Below are positions 25,817-35,990 of a stretch of 43,158 nucleotides of DNA, piece by piece. The position numbers and the translations under genes were made by a program. The stretch is from a virus. Its lineage: Duplodnaviria; Caudoviricetes. Below the pieces are notes generated by a model. It was not told the DNA's origin. It made no database searches and worked only from the letters and a program-made list of their open reading frames with translations. The stretch is taken from IMG/VR virus record IMGVR_UViG_3300011336_000447, positions 1 through 43,158 of that record; one strand, 5' to 3'. Within the stretch, counting starts at the first letter, position 1; every line of letters starts with the position of its first letter.

Positions 25817-28345
25817 TTATGACTTGCTGTCATGTTTAAATTTTAAAACATAATATCTTTTTCCTAAAAATCTCATGTGAATCATGCTCTCCGCGTCTCT
25901 ATGCCGTTTCAAGGTTTCAACAAATCCTCCTGACCATGAGGAATCTTTAAGCCACTTTCTGATATGGGTATTATTTTCGATGCCAAAATAATCCTGTTGG
26001 CAATAAATGCCGTACTTAGATAGCGTTAAAATAGCCTCGTCACGGCTTATCGCTATATCGTTGGCATTACCACCAATGACTGATAACAAGTATCCTACGG
26101 TGTGATTTTTACGTCCCGATGCACCTTCATAATTAACGTGCTGTTGCATGATGTGTTCAAACAATAAATCTGATTCGTTTTTTTCAACCTCTGATGATTC
26201 TGTAAAAATGTTTTGATATTGAATAAGATAGTTTTTGATTTCTAAATCTGTTGCGATGCGTCCATTAACTGCTGTCCATGAACAAGCAAGCAATGTGCCT
26301 ATCTGGTCTCCATTGCGTGCATTACCGCCATACAGAGTAGCAACAACTGGACTAAAATTATCAATATTTTTTAATATTATTTGTGTGTTTTGTATAATCC
26401 AAATAAAAAAACTATCGCATAATTCGTCTGTTAGAATTTGCCAAGCTAATTTTAATTTGCCATATCGTATTTTATCATTATCTTTAATTACCTCAATCAA
26501 AGTAACCCTTGATATATCTGCTTTATTTTTAAGTGCTGGCTGTATTGCGGTAAAATAAAAACACGAGCGGACTTTAAAATTAGTAACTGTACCACCTGCA
26601 CTACCCTTGTAAATCATACCTCGCTTTGATGATGATGATGATGTTCTTGCAAGTTCTAAAACCGATTCAATTTTTGATGCTGATGCTTGAGAATTAGATT
26701 CTGCCTCTTCATAAATCACTGATAAAGCGTCTGATGCAAGTGCCTGCCTGATGCCAGCTTCTGTCGTCCCTAATTCTGGATACATACCACGATTGGCAAC
26801 GATTGGAGAGATTATATTATTCTGTATTTCAGATTTACCACTCCCCGATTCACCTGCTACCCAAACATGCGGTCTCCATTTTAATACTCCGCATATTTGA
26901 GATGCAATAGACCACCCAAATAATAACTCACGGTCAAAATCTGAATTTTTAAGATTTAAATGATTAAATATCGCACGGATTTGCTTGTTTTCTGCGATTG
27001 TAGAGGGGTTTTCTGATTTTAGGTCAAATGGTTTACCTGTTATATAAAAGTTCTTAGATTTGTAATTTTGCATATTTTCACGCTTGCCATTCTCAAAAAA
27101 AGAATCGCCCGCATTAACGATAGTATTATCACCCTCTCGCCACACGCCACGCCCCCTGATGCGTTCCATGTCAAAAAACGGCTTTGTATATGCTTCTTGG
27201 ATAATATCATCGCACGCCTGTAACATGTCGGGGCGTTTCCCTGCTTCATAGGCATAATTTGCGTCCCAGTATGATTTTGGTGCGATGCGGTAAAGGTTTT
27301 TTTCTGACATCTCAGATGTTGTCATGTCAATAATCCGATTACATGAATACACAAGAAAATATATTTTATCATTGTCCGAACCGATAATCTGAAACGGCTT
27401 TACAGGCGGTAACACCTCTGATGATGCAATAGCAGGGAATATAAACGCATTAACGTCACCACCGTCACAATGAAAATCATTAAAATCATATCCACTGCGT
27501 TCATTGCGTGGTGCTGTGATGACTTCGAGTCCTGTGTCTCTAAATGATTTGTAGCGTTTATTAATTAGTTCCTGTGATTTAATGTTAGTGCTATGGTCAT
27601 TATCCGCACAAATAATGATGCGTGAAGCTGTGTATTTCTTTTTTATGAGTTCTGATACTGCCACAAGATTTGATGCGTCCATTGCACAAATAACGGTGTT
27701 TCCTGTCGATGCGTGTAGGGTTGCACCTGTGGAGTAACCCTCGCACAATAAAATAACATCATCATTACCATTAATGCGATAAAAACAACCTTGCTTCCGT
27801 CCTGATGCGTCTTCGGTTGGTTTAAAATAACGCTTTTCAAAATTACCGTCGCTGTTTTTGTATATTTTCTGCCAATTCCACACCTTGCCGTCTATATCTG
27901 ACAAAGGTATGTATAAAATGTTTTTAAAAATCTTAACATTATGGTATAATGCTACTGACTTGGCGGTCAAATAATCGTGGGTATCGCTATCGGATTCTCT
28001 CGTAACGAGTTCTGATGCTTTACCCGCAACAAATTCATGTTGTTGTTGCAATAGTTCGGATTGTTCTTTTTGTTTTTGTTTGATTGCGTCCGAGATTTCT
28101 TTTTTCTGCAATGGTGACAATTCTTTATAATTTTTACTTGTGAATGTTTGCGTAAAACCAGCCCTCCAGCAACCGAACGCCCCAAATAAAACATCGTTGT
28201 CAAGATTAAAACTGTACCACCCTGACTTGTCTTTTTTGTTGCGTGCGTGCGTGCTAAACCTGACAAGCTTACCAATCTGTATGGTATTTACGGTTAATCT
28301 GTATGATTGCATTGCTGTAATTGCTTCTTGTATATAATCACTCAT
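25817..28345 (-). CDS. Toprim primase fused to P-loop helicase (P4 alpha/TraC-like)
   Basis: LLCEGYSTGATL, IICADND and DFND; Walker A GESGSGKS. Confidence 0.88.
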   Translation of the reverse strand: MSDYIQEAITAMQSYRLTVNTIQIGKLVRFSTHARNKKDKSGWYSFNLDNDVLFGAFGCWRAGFTQTFTSKNYKELSPLQKKEISDAIKQKQKEQSELLQQQHEFVAGKASELVTRESDSDTHDYLTAKSVALYHNVKIFKNILYIPLSDIDGKVWNWQKIYKNSDGNFEKRYFKPTEDASGRKQGCFYRINGNDDVILLCEGYSTGATLHASTGNTVICAMDASNLVAVSELIKKKYTASRIIICADNDHSTNIKSQELINKRYKSFRDTGLEVITAPRNERSGYDFNDFHCDGGDVNAFIFPAIASSEVLPPVKPFQIIGSDNDKIYFLVYSCNRIIDMTTSEMSEKNLYRIAPKSYWDANYAYEAGKRPDMLQACDDIIQEAYTKPFFDMERIRGRGVWREGDNTIVNAGDSFFENGKRENMQNYKSKNFYITGKPFDLKSENPSTIAENKQIRAIFNHLNLKNSDFDRELLFGWSIASQICGVLKWRPHVWVAGESGSGKSEIQNNIISPIVANRGMYPELGTTEAGIRQALASDALSVIYEEAESNSQASASKIESVLELARTSSSSSKRGMIYKGSAGGTVTNFKVRSCFYFTAIQPALKNKADISRVTLIEVIKDNDKIRYGKLKLAWQILTDELCDSFFIWIIQNTQIILKNIDNFSPVVATLYGGNARNGDQIGTLLACSWTAVNGRIATDLEIKNYLIQYQNIFTESSEVEKNESDLLFEHIMQQHVNYEGASGRKNHTVGYLLSVIGGNANDIAISRDEAILTLSKYGIYCQQDYFGIENNTHIRKWLKDSSWSGGFVETLKRHRDAESMIHMRFLGKRYYVLKFKHDSKS

Positions 28346-28667
28346 ATTTATCCCCTTTGAATATTTTTGCTATTCCACCTGATTTATTAACTAAATCAAT
28401 GAATTTTTTTTGTTCTGTTGTTGCCTTGCCGTCCGATGCCTTAACCTCGATTGCTGTAAAAATAGCAACCGAACGCCCTATCATATCCTCTGTTATGGTT
28501 TTTACTGTCCAGCCGATAAAATCACTTGTGCCAGTTCCCATGCCGTATTTAACTATCGCACCGTCTGATTTTTTATAAGACCCGTTATTATTTCTAAAAA
28601 TAGTTTCAGAATGGTTAAGGTTTAATTTTAAATTAACCGTTGCTTGTTTTTCAGATATTTTTACCAT
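28338..28667 (-). CDS. VRR-NUC domain nuclease
   Basis: FRNNNG, GTSDFIG, AIEVK and EQKKFI..V...GG. Confidence 0.85.
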   Translation of the reverse strand: MVKISEKQATVNLKLNLNHSETIFRNNNGSYKKSDGAIVKYGMGTGTSDFIGWTVKTITEDMIGRSVAIFTAIEVKASDGKATTEQKKFIDLVNKSGGIAKIFKGDKYE

Positions 28668-30097
28668 TTATTTCCTCGTGATTTTTGTTTTTCTTGTCTT
28701 GCTCTCATTGTGCCGACTGCCCAGCCGTGCGGATTAGAATAGCCACGAGATACACCCAAAGCAATTAATTCTTGCAATGATTGTGCTTGTGCTTGTTCTT
28801 TCTTTTTTTGAAATTTTATCTGCGTCTGTATGTGTTCATAATGCTCAATGGATACTGATACAAGCTCCCCTGCAATAACAACTTGTTTGCGTTTTTCTGT
28901 AAATTCTATATCCCAGCCACAACGCTCACAAATACGTTCTTTGGTTAAAAAATGATGTTTACAATTATCGCACTGGGTGATTCGTTCGGTAATTTCTACT
29001 TCACGCTTGCGTTTTTTAACTCCATCAAGAGACCACTCACGGTCTTCACAAGGCAAGCCGTGAATTGCCACGTTACCCACAAAATCAAGAATAGTGCAAT
29101 GTGTTTTACCCTCGCACGCACGCAAGCCACGCCCCATTTTTTGTAGATAACTAACGATTGATTTTGTTTTTGTCATGTCGATAATTCCATTTACAACTGG
29201 TATATCTGTACCTTCTGAAATAACACTACATGATGTTAAGCCGTGTATTTCGCCACTGCCTAGGCTATCTATTGCTTTTTTGCGTGCGGCAGGAGTCATT
29301 TTACCGTCAATAGACATAAAATTATAACCTGCTTCACGGAATTTTTGTGCTGCAATCTCTGCCATTTCAACTGTTGGATAAAATCCTATTGTAGGCTGAT
29401 TGTGTAAATATTTACGATATTCTGCGACTTCGCACCCTACAACCGATTTAAGACGTTCTGCCATTTCTTTGGGGTCATAATCACCATTATTAGCAACCCT
29501 AACATCTAATAAATCCACTGCAAGAGGTTGAGAAAATATCTGATACGGCGATAAATAACCTTTCTTAATGAGTTCTTTCATTGATGCACCGTGCTTATCG
29601 CCACAAACCATATGAGAGAATATTTTATCCAATCCTGTACCGTCTGTACGTGTTGGGGTTGCTGACATACCTAAGATGCGAGCGTTAGGGAATCTTGAAA
29701 AAATATATTGCCACTGCGACGCAATAGAGTGATGCCCCTCGTCTGCTATAATTAAATCAAATGTTGGCAGGGGGGCATTGTTTTTAATCCGTGATACGAG
29801 TGTTTGCACTGATGCCACCATAGCAAGTTCATTACCCATTTTGACATTAGGAATAATTAATGAATGTTTAACGCCCATTGATAAATATGCCCGAGAAAAC
29901 TGGTCAAATATTTCTCTTCGATGCACTAAAGCAAGGACACGGCGGTTATTTTGTGTCATTTTATGCGTGATGTATGATGCGATTGCTGTTTTGCCACCGC
30001 CAGTGCATAGCTGAGCCATTACTGATTTGTGTTTTTGCTCGAAGGCTTCACGAATACCACCAACTAAAGACTCTTGATGTTCACGTAATATTATCAT
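28661..30097 (-). CDS. SF2 DExH helicase with C-terminal Zn finger
   Basis: TGGGKT, DEGHH, SATP, EGTDIP, QKMGRGLR and CDNC/CERC. Confidence 0.92.
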   Translation of the reverse strand: MIILREHQESLVGGIREAFEQKHKSVMAQLCTGGGKTAIASYITHKMTQNNRRVLALVHRREIFDQFSRAYLSMGVKHSLIIPNVKMGNELAMVASVQTLVSRIKNNAPLPTFDLIIADEGHHSIASQWQYIFSRFPNARILGMSATPTRTDGTGLDKIFSHMVCGDKHGASMKELIKKGYLSPYQIFSQPLAVDLLDVRVANNGDYDPKEMAERLKSVVGCEVAEYRKYLHNQPTIGFYPTVEMAEIAAQKFREAGYNFMSIDGKMTPAARKKAIDSLGSGEIHGLTSCSVISEGTDIPVVNGIIDMTKTKSIVSYLQKMGRGLRACEGKTHCTILDFVGNVAIHGLPCEDREWSLDGVKKRKREVEITERITQCDNCKHHFLTKERICERCGWDIEFTEKRKQVVIAGELVSVSIEHYEHIQTQIKFQKKKEQAQAQSLQELIALGVSRGYSNPHGWAVGTMRARQEKQKSRGNKW

Positions 30098-30282
30098 ACT
30101 TCCCCCTTATTTTTGTTAATAAAATCAATCATTGCGTTAAGTGTTTTTAAAGTTGGATTATCGCTCTTTTGTCTTAAAAAATCGTAAACTTGACGGTATG
30201 TAATGCCAACTTCTTTCGCCACAAGGCAGGGCGGGTATCTTTTTAATTTTTTTCTGATTAAATCTATATCTATTTTTTCCAT
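30094..30282 (-). CDS. Cro/XRE-like HTH regulator
   Basis: VAKEVGITYRQVYDF...NPTLKTL. Confidence 0.8.
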   Translation of the reverse strand: MEKIDIDLIRKKLKRYPPCLVAKEVGITYRQVYDFLRQKSDNPTLKTLNAMIDFINKNKGEV

Positions 30283-30316
30283 ATTAACCTTTTATAAATA
30301 ATTTTAAATTATGGTG

Positions 30317-30350
30317 TTGACATTATGAGATAAATCTCATATATTGTCAA
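30317..30350. promoter_or_regulatory. Overlapping divergent promoters sharing one palindromic operator
   Basis: Plus strand TTGACA-17-TATATT; minus strand TTGACA-17-CATAAT; TATGAGAT-AA-ATCTCATA at 30324-30341. Confidence 0.85.
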
Positions 30351-30372
30351 TACTAAAATACAAGGGGAATAA

Positions 30373-31209
30373 ATGAGACCGAAAGATTATGCACTTAATG
30401 ATTCGCTGTCACCAAGCGAAATTAAATACCTGATAACTGGAACGCCTTATGCGTTTCATTATCATAAATACGAAAATAAAGACGATACCGTGCGTTCTGA
30501 TGCGTTGGTTGTTGGTTCATATTTGCATTGTAAATGGTTAGAGCCTGAAAAGCTTACAAGCCGTTATTATGTTGCTGAATATAAATCTAAGGCAACCAAG
30601 GAAGGCAAAATCCTTACTGAATATCACCAGTCAGAATATGAACGCCTTGCGATTAATAACCCTGATTTAATTTATATTGAAGACAGATTAACAATTCCAA
30701 GCGATGATATTTACGAATCATTAAAAAATCACGATGTTATAAAAACAATTCTATCACAAAATAAAATTGTTGAAACACCGATACAAGATATTTTATCGCC
30801 TGTGGATAATGCAAAATTAAAGTGTATTCCTGATGTGGTGTTGCCTGATAACGGCATTGTGATTGATTTTAAACACATAATAGATATATCTCCTGATAAA
30901 TTTAGCCGTGATGTTTTAAATTATAATTACCACGTCCAAGCATGGATTAATCTGTATTGCGTCGCACATACACTTGATTGTGATATGTCTGATTTACGTT
31001 TTGAATTTTTGTGTATATCAAAAGACGCACCTTACGAGGTTGCACGCTATGAATTAGCAAAAGAATTTATGATTGATGCTGAAAGTAAAATACTTAAAGC
31101 ATTGAATAAATATGTTGAAGCCAAGGAGATAGGCTTTAATTCCTACCCACACACTGTGCAATTATTGCACGCACCAGCATGGATAGCAAAAGGAGATAAC
31201 AATGAGTAA
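30373..31209 (+). CDS. RecE/exonuclease VIII-like PD-(D/E)XK nuclease (DUF3799)
   Basis: GSYLH..LEP, KCIPD, IDFK and YHVQA. Confidence 0.85.
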   Translation: MRPKDYALNDSLSPSEIKYLITGTPYAFHYHKYENKDDTVRSDALVVGSYLHCKWLEPEKLTSRYYVAEYKSKATKEGKILTEYHQSEYERLAINNPDLIYIEDRLTIPSDDIYESLKNHDVIKTILSQNKIVETPIQDILSPVDNAKLKCIPDVVLPDNGIVIDFKHIIDISPDKFSRDVLNYNYHVQAWINLYCVAHTLDCDMSDLRFEFLCISKDAPYEVARYELAKEFMIDAESKILKALNKYVEAKEIGFNSYPHTVQLLHAPAWIAKGDNNE

Positions 31210-32098
31210 TGAAATAGCAAAACAAGCACCAATAAGCCCAGCAAAGGCTATGAAAACATTTTTAGAAACTAACGCAGTCGGAATTTTAAAAGGTCTATCG
31301 CAAGATGTAAACCCTGAGAAATTTATGGCGACGGTTTATAATTTGTTATTGGTTAATCCTAAAATTGCACAATGCGATAAAATGACAGTTTTAAACGCTG
31401 TTAATCGCTCGGCACAGCTTGGATTAAGTCCTGACCCTATGATAGGGGAGGCGTATTTTATACCTCGTGACCGCAAAGAAAAACAAGGCAATCAATGGGT
31501 TTCGGTAGGCACAACTTGTGATTTTCAAATCGGTTACAAAGGTTTAATTAAAATTGCTTATGCAAGTAAATTTATTAAATTAATGCAATGCTACACGGTT
31601 TATGACAATGACCATTTAATTATGGAAGCAGGATTAAAGCCTGATTATCGTGTTTCTCGTGGTACTAGCAGAGGGGAAATTGAGGGGTTTCTTTGTATGG
31701 TAAAACTTGAAAACGACGAATGGGATTTTGAATATATGTCTATTGCTGATGTGAATCGTATTCGTGATAAATCAGATGCTTATAAGGCAAGTTCAAAATA
31801 CAATAACGATTCCCCTTGGACTTCATCTTATGAAGAAATGGGTAAAAAAACAGTCGTGAAGCGGTTATTTAAGCGGTTACCGAAGTTAGATGATTATGAT
31901 GTTACGGTCGAATATAGCAATGTAACACCACAAGAAGCACCACAGCAAACACCAAAATTCAAACCTCTTGAAATTAAAAAACAAGAGCCACAACAAGAAA
32001 TTATCGAACATACAGAATTAAACAATGATGATTTTATAAGTTTTGATGATGATACTGATACAGAAAACAACATTATCCAAGGAGATTTAAATGTCTAG
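31202..32098 (+). CDS. recT: RecT-family recombinase
   Basis: LGLSP..GEAYFIP, QIGYKGLI and PW...EEMGKKTV.KRL.K.LP. Confidence 0.92.
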   Translation: MSNEIAKQAPISPAKAMKTFLETNAVGILKGLSQDVNPEKFMATVYNLLLVNPKIAQCDKMTVLNAVNRSAQLGLSPDPMIGEAYFIPRDRKEKQGNQWVSVGTTCDFQIGYKGLIKIAYASKFIKLMQCYTVYDNDHLIMEAGLKPDYRVSRGTSRGEIEGFLCMVKLENDEWDFEYMSIADVNRIRDKSDAYKASSKYNNDSPWTSSYEEMGKKTVVKRLFKRLPKLDDYDVTVEYSNVTPQEAPQQTPKFKPLEIKKQEPQQEIIEHTELNNDDFISFDDDTDTENNIIQGDLNV

Positions 32099-32516
32099 TT
32101 TAAACAAAGTAACACTAATCGGCAGGGTCGGCAAAGACCCTGAAATTAACACAAGTAAAGCAGGTAAAAAACTTGCTTCATTCTCTCTTGCAACGTCCGA
32201 GTCTTGGAAAGACAAACAAGGGCAGAAACAAGAAAAAACCGAATGGCATAATGTGGTTATTTACAATGAAAACCTTGCTAAAATCATTGAAAGCTATGTC
32301 CGCAAGGGCAGTCAAATCTATATCGAGGGGCAGTTGCAAACTCGTAAATGGCAGGATAAAGAGAGTAAAGACCGCTATACCACAGAGGTAGTTTTGCAGG
32401 ATTTCAGAGGGCAGATTATTTTGTTAGATGGTAAATCTAGTAATGTCCCAGTAGCACAATCAAGTAATACGAATGTGTATGGCATTGATGACGATTCAAG
32501 CGAAATCCCGTTCTGA
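32091..32516 (+). CDS. ssb: Single-stranded DNA-binding protein
   Basis: LNKVTLIGRVGKDPE, TEWHNVV and acidic tail DDDSSEIPF. Confidence 0.95.
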   Translation: MSSLNKVTLIGRVGKDPEINTSKAGKKLASFSLATSESWKDKQGQKQEKTEWHNVVIYNENLAKIIESYVRKGSQIYIEGQLQTRKWQDKESKDRYTTEVVLQDFRGQIILLDGKSSNVPVAQSSNTNVYGIDDDSSEIPF

Positions 32517-32555
32517 TATTAACCACCGCCACGGCGGTAAAACAAGGAGAATAAA

Positions 32556-32708
32556 ATGACATTAGAACAGCATGAACAAATATTACAAGCACAATTCAAT
32601 GATTTTGATTTTTACGGTCAATCTGTAAAGAAAATCATTATTAATGATGACTGCAATATTGAAATGAAACATATACCATTAAAGGAGTTTAGAAATGACA
32701 AACAATAA
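32556..32708 (+). CDS. Hypothetical protein, 50 aa, not in ORF track
   Basis: AAGGAG RBS; MTLEQHEQIL...NDKQ. Confidence 0.6.
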   Translation: MTLEQHEQILQAQFNDFDFYGQSVKKIIINDDCNIEMKHIPLKEFRNDKQ

Positions 32709-33282
32709 ATTTTGGTTAGTGTGGAATGAAGCAGGTAACGCACCTAAAAAACCACAAGATACACAAGAAAAAGCGATTACAGAGGCGAAACGATTATCTG
32801 CTATGTATCCACAGCACGCTTATATTGTGTTAAAGGCAACGCATCATTTTAAAGCTGATGTAAATATTATCGAAACATCTTTTGAAGCAACACCCGAGGA
32901 ATCCTTAGCATTTGAAGCAAGGTTTAAAGCTGGTGATAGGGTTAATCATTGGGATAGAGATGTTGGTATATTTGTGCAAATTTGTGAAAAATCCCATAAA
33001 AGATGCGTGGTAAATTTTCCTTGTGATGGCGAACAAATTGTAAATATAGATGACTTAACACTTGTTGATAATAAAGTTGACAATAAAGGTGGTTTAAATA
33101 TAACCGATTTTGACAAGCGATGCACGCCAAAGCATAAATTCAAAGTTGGCGATAGGGTTTTACTAGATAATTATTTCGAGTGCATTGTCGATGATTGTAT
33201 TGACAATGAAACGTTTTGCAAGTTAAGTTTTATGGGTGGTGGTTATGCCATAGTAAATAAAATTAGAGTGACTAAGAAATAA
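32695..33282 (+). CDS. Phage hypothetical protein with two SH3/KOW-like repeats
   Basis: FWLVWN..EAKRL N-domain; FKAGDRV and FKVGDRV repeats. Confidence 0.7.
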   Translation: MTNNKFWLVWNEAGNAPKKPQDTQEKAITEAKRLSAMYPQHAYIVLKATHHFKADVNIIETSFEATPEESLAFEARFKAGDRVNHWDRDVGIFVQICEKSHKRCVVNFPCDGEQIVNIDDLTLVDNKVDNKGGLNITDFDKRCTPKHKFKVGDRVLLDNYFECIVDDCIDNETFCKLSFMGGGYAIVNKIRVTKK

Positions 33283-33311
33283 AAAAAAGGGGCGATAAGC
33301 CACTTAGTTAT

Positions 33312-33539
33312 TTATCCTATTAAAATAGCATCAACTGGAGTATCATCCTCTTCAGGTTCATCATGATTACCATAATACCATGATGTATTTTTATTAAGGG
33401 CTATTTTTATTGCTGATATTTGTGATAAATCAACATCTGAATATCCACCTTCATATCCCCTTAAAATAAGTCTTATATCACCGTCAAATTCTTTCAGCTT
33501 CTCAATCAGTTCTCGCACTGTGGTTTTTGTTTCAGTCAT
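33312..33539 (-). CDS. Conserved phage hypothetical protein
   Basis: TVRELIEKLKEFD...GYEGG pattern. Confidence 0.65.
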   Translation of the reverse strand: MTETKTTVRELIEKLKEFDGDIRLILRGYEGGYSDVDLSQISAIKIALNKNTSWYYGNHDEPEEDDTPVDAILIG

Positions 33540-34048
33540 TATCTTACCTCTCTATTTTTGCTGGTTGCTTCTATTAATTCGTCCACAGTGTACATTGACA
33601 CGACAGAACGGTTATTATCACTTGGAATAGCAGAACGCCCTAACCGATAATAATAAGCCTCTACGTCTTTAAATTCTTGTGCTACTTCTGCGAACGCTTG
33701 GATAACATCGTAGCGTTGTGTAAACCAAAACATTTGCCAACCGTTTTTTTTGTAATTATTAATTACAAAATCGATTTCTTTTTTTAGTTCGCTATAATGC
33801 ACTTCTTGCATAAAATTATTTCTTACCAATGCTTTGCCTCCAGAACATTTACGGACTAAAATTTCTTTTAACCCATAATAGCCGTTTTCAATTTTACCTG
33901 AAAATAAATTGAAATTTCCTAGATTTTCTATTGTTAGATTTTCTATTACTTTGTAAATGTTATTTTCTTTATAAGCCATATTGTCATGATATATTATATC
34001 GCTAGAGTAATTTACGTTCTCTATTTTTATGATGTGTTTTTGCATCAT
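33539..34048 (-). CDS. Degenerate C-terminal portion of an ABC/AAA_21-type ATPase
   Basis: VHYSEL, QMFWFTQRYDVIQAF, YYRLGRS and C-terminal EVR parallel LHYS.L, QVF.TTHS.ECI.AF, Y.RL.R and EVR; no Walker A. Confidence 0.55.
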   Translation of the reverse strand: MMQKHIIKIENVNYSSDIIYHDNMAYKENNIYKVIENLTIENLGNFNLFSGKIENGYYGLKEILVRKCSGGKALVRNNFMQEVHYSELKKEIDFVINNYKKNGWQMFWFTQRYDVIQAFAEVAQEFKDVEAYYYRLGRSAIPSDNNRSVVSMYTVDELIEATSKNREVR

Positions 34049-34275
34049 TCCCCCCTTAAATCTATAACGTGATTATTGACAGCCCTATCGCTTTTTTCTT
34101 TAACGATAAAATGATATAATCCATGCAACGTATTGTAATCGGGCGTTTGTATTTTACCTGCCAATAAGCGAGATATAACAGCAGCATCAACACCTGATTT
34201 TTCAGATATATAAGTTTGCTTATAACCCCTCAATCCTGTTTTAATAAATTCAATTAATTGTTCTATTGTTAGCAA
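34045..34275 (-). CDS. XRE HTH regulator
   Basis: ISEKSGVDAAVISRLLAGKIQTPDYNTL. Confidence 0.8.
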   Translation of the reverse strand: MLTIEQLIEFIKTGLRGYKQTYISEKSGVDAAVISRLLAGKIQTPDYNTLHGLYHFIVKEKSDRAVNNHVIDLRGE

Positions 34276-34382
34276 TTTCTTAACTCCTTTATGTGATAAT
34301 AATTACAGTAACACAAATTATTTTATTTTACAACAAATAAATGATGTGTTATTGTGCTTCTGTAAACAACAAGGAGAATGAA

Positions 34383-34547
34383 ATGGATAAACCAAAAAAA
34401 GTAATTGATGCTGATGCGTTGATAAAAGAATTACAAAGCATAAAGGGTAATTTAAATTTTTGCAATGATGCTGGTCGTTATTGGCTGGATATTGCGATTG
34501 AGACAATCGACGAACTAGCAACCCCTAAAAAAGATGGTGATTTATGA
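34383..34547 (+). CDS. Small IDADA-motif phage protein
   Basis: AAGGAG RBS; VIDADALIKEL...IDELATP. Confidence 0.6.
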   Translation: MDKPKKVIDADALIKELQSIKGNLNFCNDAGRYWLDIAIETIDELATPKKDGDL

Positions 34548-34661
34548 GAAAAAACCTACACCGCCAACAAATCCTATCATTAATTGATAGTGGTTATTTT
34601 TTGCCTACCCTATGTGTGGTTGGTATTATGTTTGCATTAATATATCAAATTGGAGCGTGAA

Positions 34662-34991
34662 ATGATTGTAAAAAACATAGAAATTGAAATGGACTTAACG
34701 ATACTCGGAGAGTCAAAACCTTATTTTGTAAAGGCTGATGCTGATATTGAATTTGAATTTGATGCTGATTGCGAGCCTTATATTTCGACACTTGAAGTAA
34801 CCGAAGCAATCGTTATTGACCGTTATAATGATTCTTGGCAATTCAAAATAGTTCCTGATAAAGACAATTCTCTTTATAGTGATTTGTTAAAATTTATTGA
34901 GCAAGCTATTGAAGAAAAAAACGGTGAAGAATTTATTGACGATTTTTTGCAAGAAGAAGAAAACCAATTTAAAGGAGGACAAAATGATTGA
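34662..34991 (+). CDS. Highly acidic hypothetical protein
   Basis: GGAG RBS; very D/E-rich. Confidence 0.65.
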   Translation: MIVKNIEIEMDLTILGESKPYFVKADADIEFEFDADCEPYISTLEVTEAIVIDRYNDSWQFKIVPDKDNSLYSDLLKFIEQAIEEKNGEEFIDDFLQEEENQFKGGQND

Positions 34992-35247
34992 AGAATTTAA
35001 AAATCAATATAGTTGTGGTTTTAGCCCTGACAAATCTAGCGTTAATAACGAGATAGAAGATATTTTGCATAAAATTTCACAAATATTAGGCTTTGAAATT
35101 ATGCACTACACGCAAAGCAAAGGAGAAATGGAGTGTAGAAAAGATAATTGCTCATATAAAGACGTAGAGAGAGAAATAAATTTATTAATAAATTCATTAA
35201 AATTTAAGGAAAAATTATGCCAAAACAATGGAGGACAATATGAATAA
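34984..35247 (+). CDS. Hypothetical protein
   Basis: AGGAGG RBS before MIEEF. Confidence 0.6.
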   Translation: MIEEFKNQYSCGFSPDKSSVNNEIEDILHKISQILGFEIMHYTQSKGEMECRKDNCSYKDVEREINLLINSLKFKEKLCQNNGGQYE

Positions 35248-35671
35248 AAGAATGATTGACGCTGATGCGATAGAAAATTATATATTAGATAATCACACAC
35301 CTCATTATAGCAAAGACGAAAAAGGAAAATATATATTTGTTGGTAAAATTTTAATAAATTTATCTGATATTAGAGGAAAAATAAACGAACTTGCAACGCC
35401 TGCGCCTGAACCACAGGAAAGCATTTTTGATGCTGATGGGTGGTGTGATAATTTTAATTTAGCACCTGACAACACTGACATACTTTTTCACGTTGATACT
35501 AAAGTTAATCTGGGTAAAAAGATAAAAAATTATGATGGCGGAATTAGGTACTTATTATATTCTTTGAATGGATTATCTGACGTAACTATGTATATGACAG
35601 AAAAAACAGGGCTTACTTTTAAATTTAAAAAATGGCGACCACTGCCAACCCTACCAAAGGATAAACCATGA
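35240..35671 (+). CDS. IDADA-motif protein with DUF551-like C-terminus
   Basis: MIDADAI, INELATP and KWRPLPTLP. Confidence 0.65.
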   Translation: MNKRMIDADAIENYILDNHTPHYSKDEKGKYIFVGKILINLSDIRGKINELATPAPEPQESIFDADGWCDNFNLAPDNTDILFHVDTKVNLGKKIKNYDGGIRYLLYSLNGLSDVTMYMTEKTGLTFKFKKWRPLPTLPKDKP

Positions 35672-35990
35672 CATTACTATTACTATTAACCGCCTTTGAC
35701 GGATTGCTTTTGCAATTCGTTGTATTGCTAATTTTATCTATTGGGGGAATTGATGATTAGTATCACAATAGGCTTGTTATTATTTTTATTAACAGCGTAT
35801 TTATTTTTAAAAATAATGATACCGCTTGCAAATTGGTTTGATGACAAGGAGGATTAAGTGACTATTGAAATAGACAAATACGATGATTTAACCACACATG
35901 AAGCCCTTGAATTATTAGAAATAAAAAAATCTCTTGATGATTTGACGGAATTTTTGAAAGGGTTTAAGCAAAGAACAAAAGGAGGATTAA

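Noticed and set aside
30284-30298. Additional CtrA box upstream of the replication operon
   Set aside because: The second half-site is mismatched (TTAA-N7-TAAA), which is too likely by chance in AT-rich DNA
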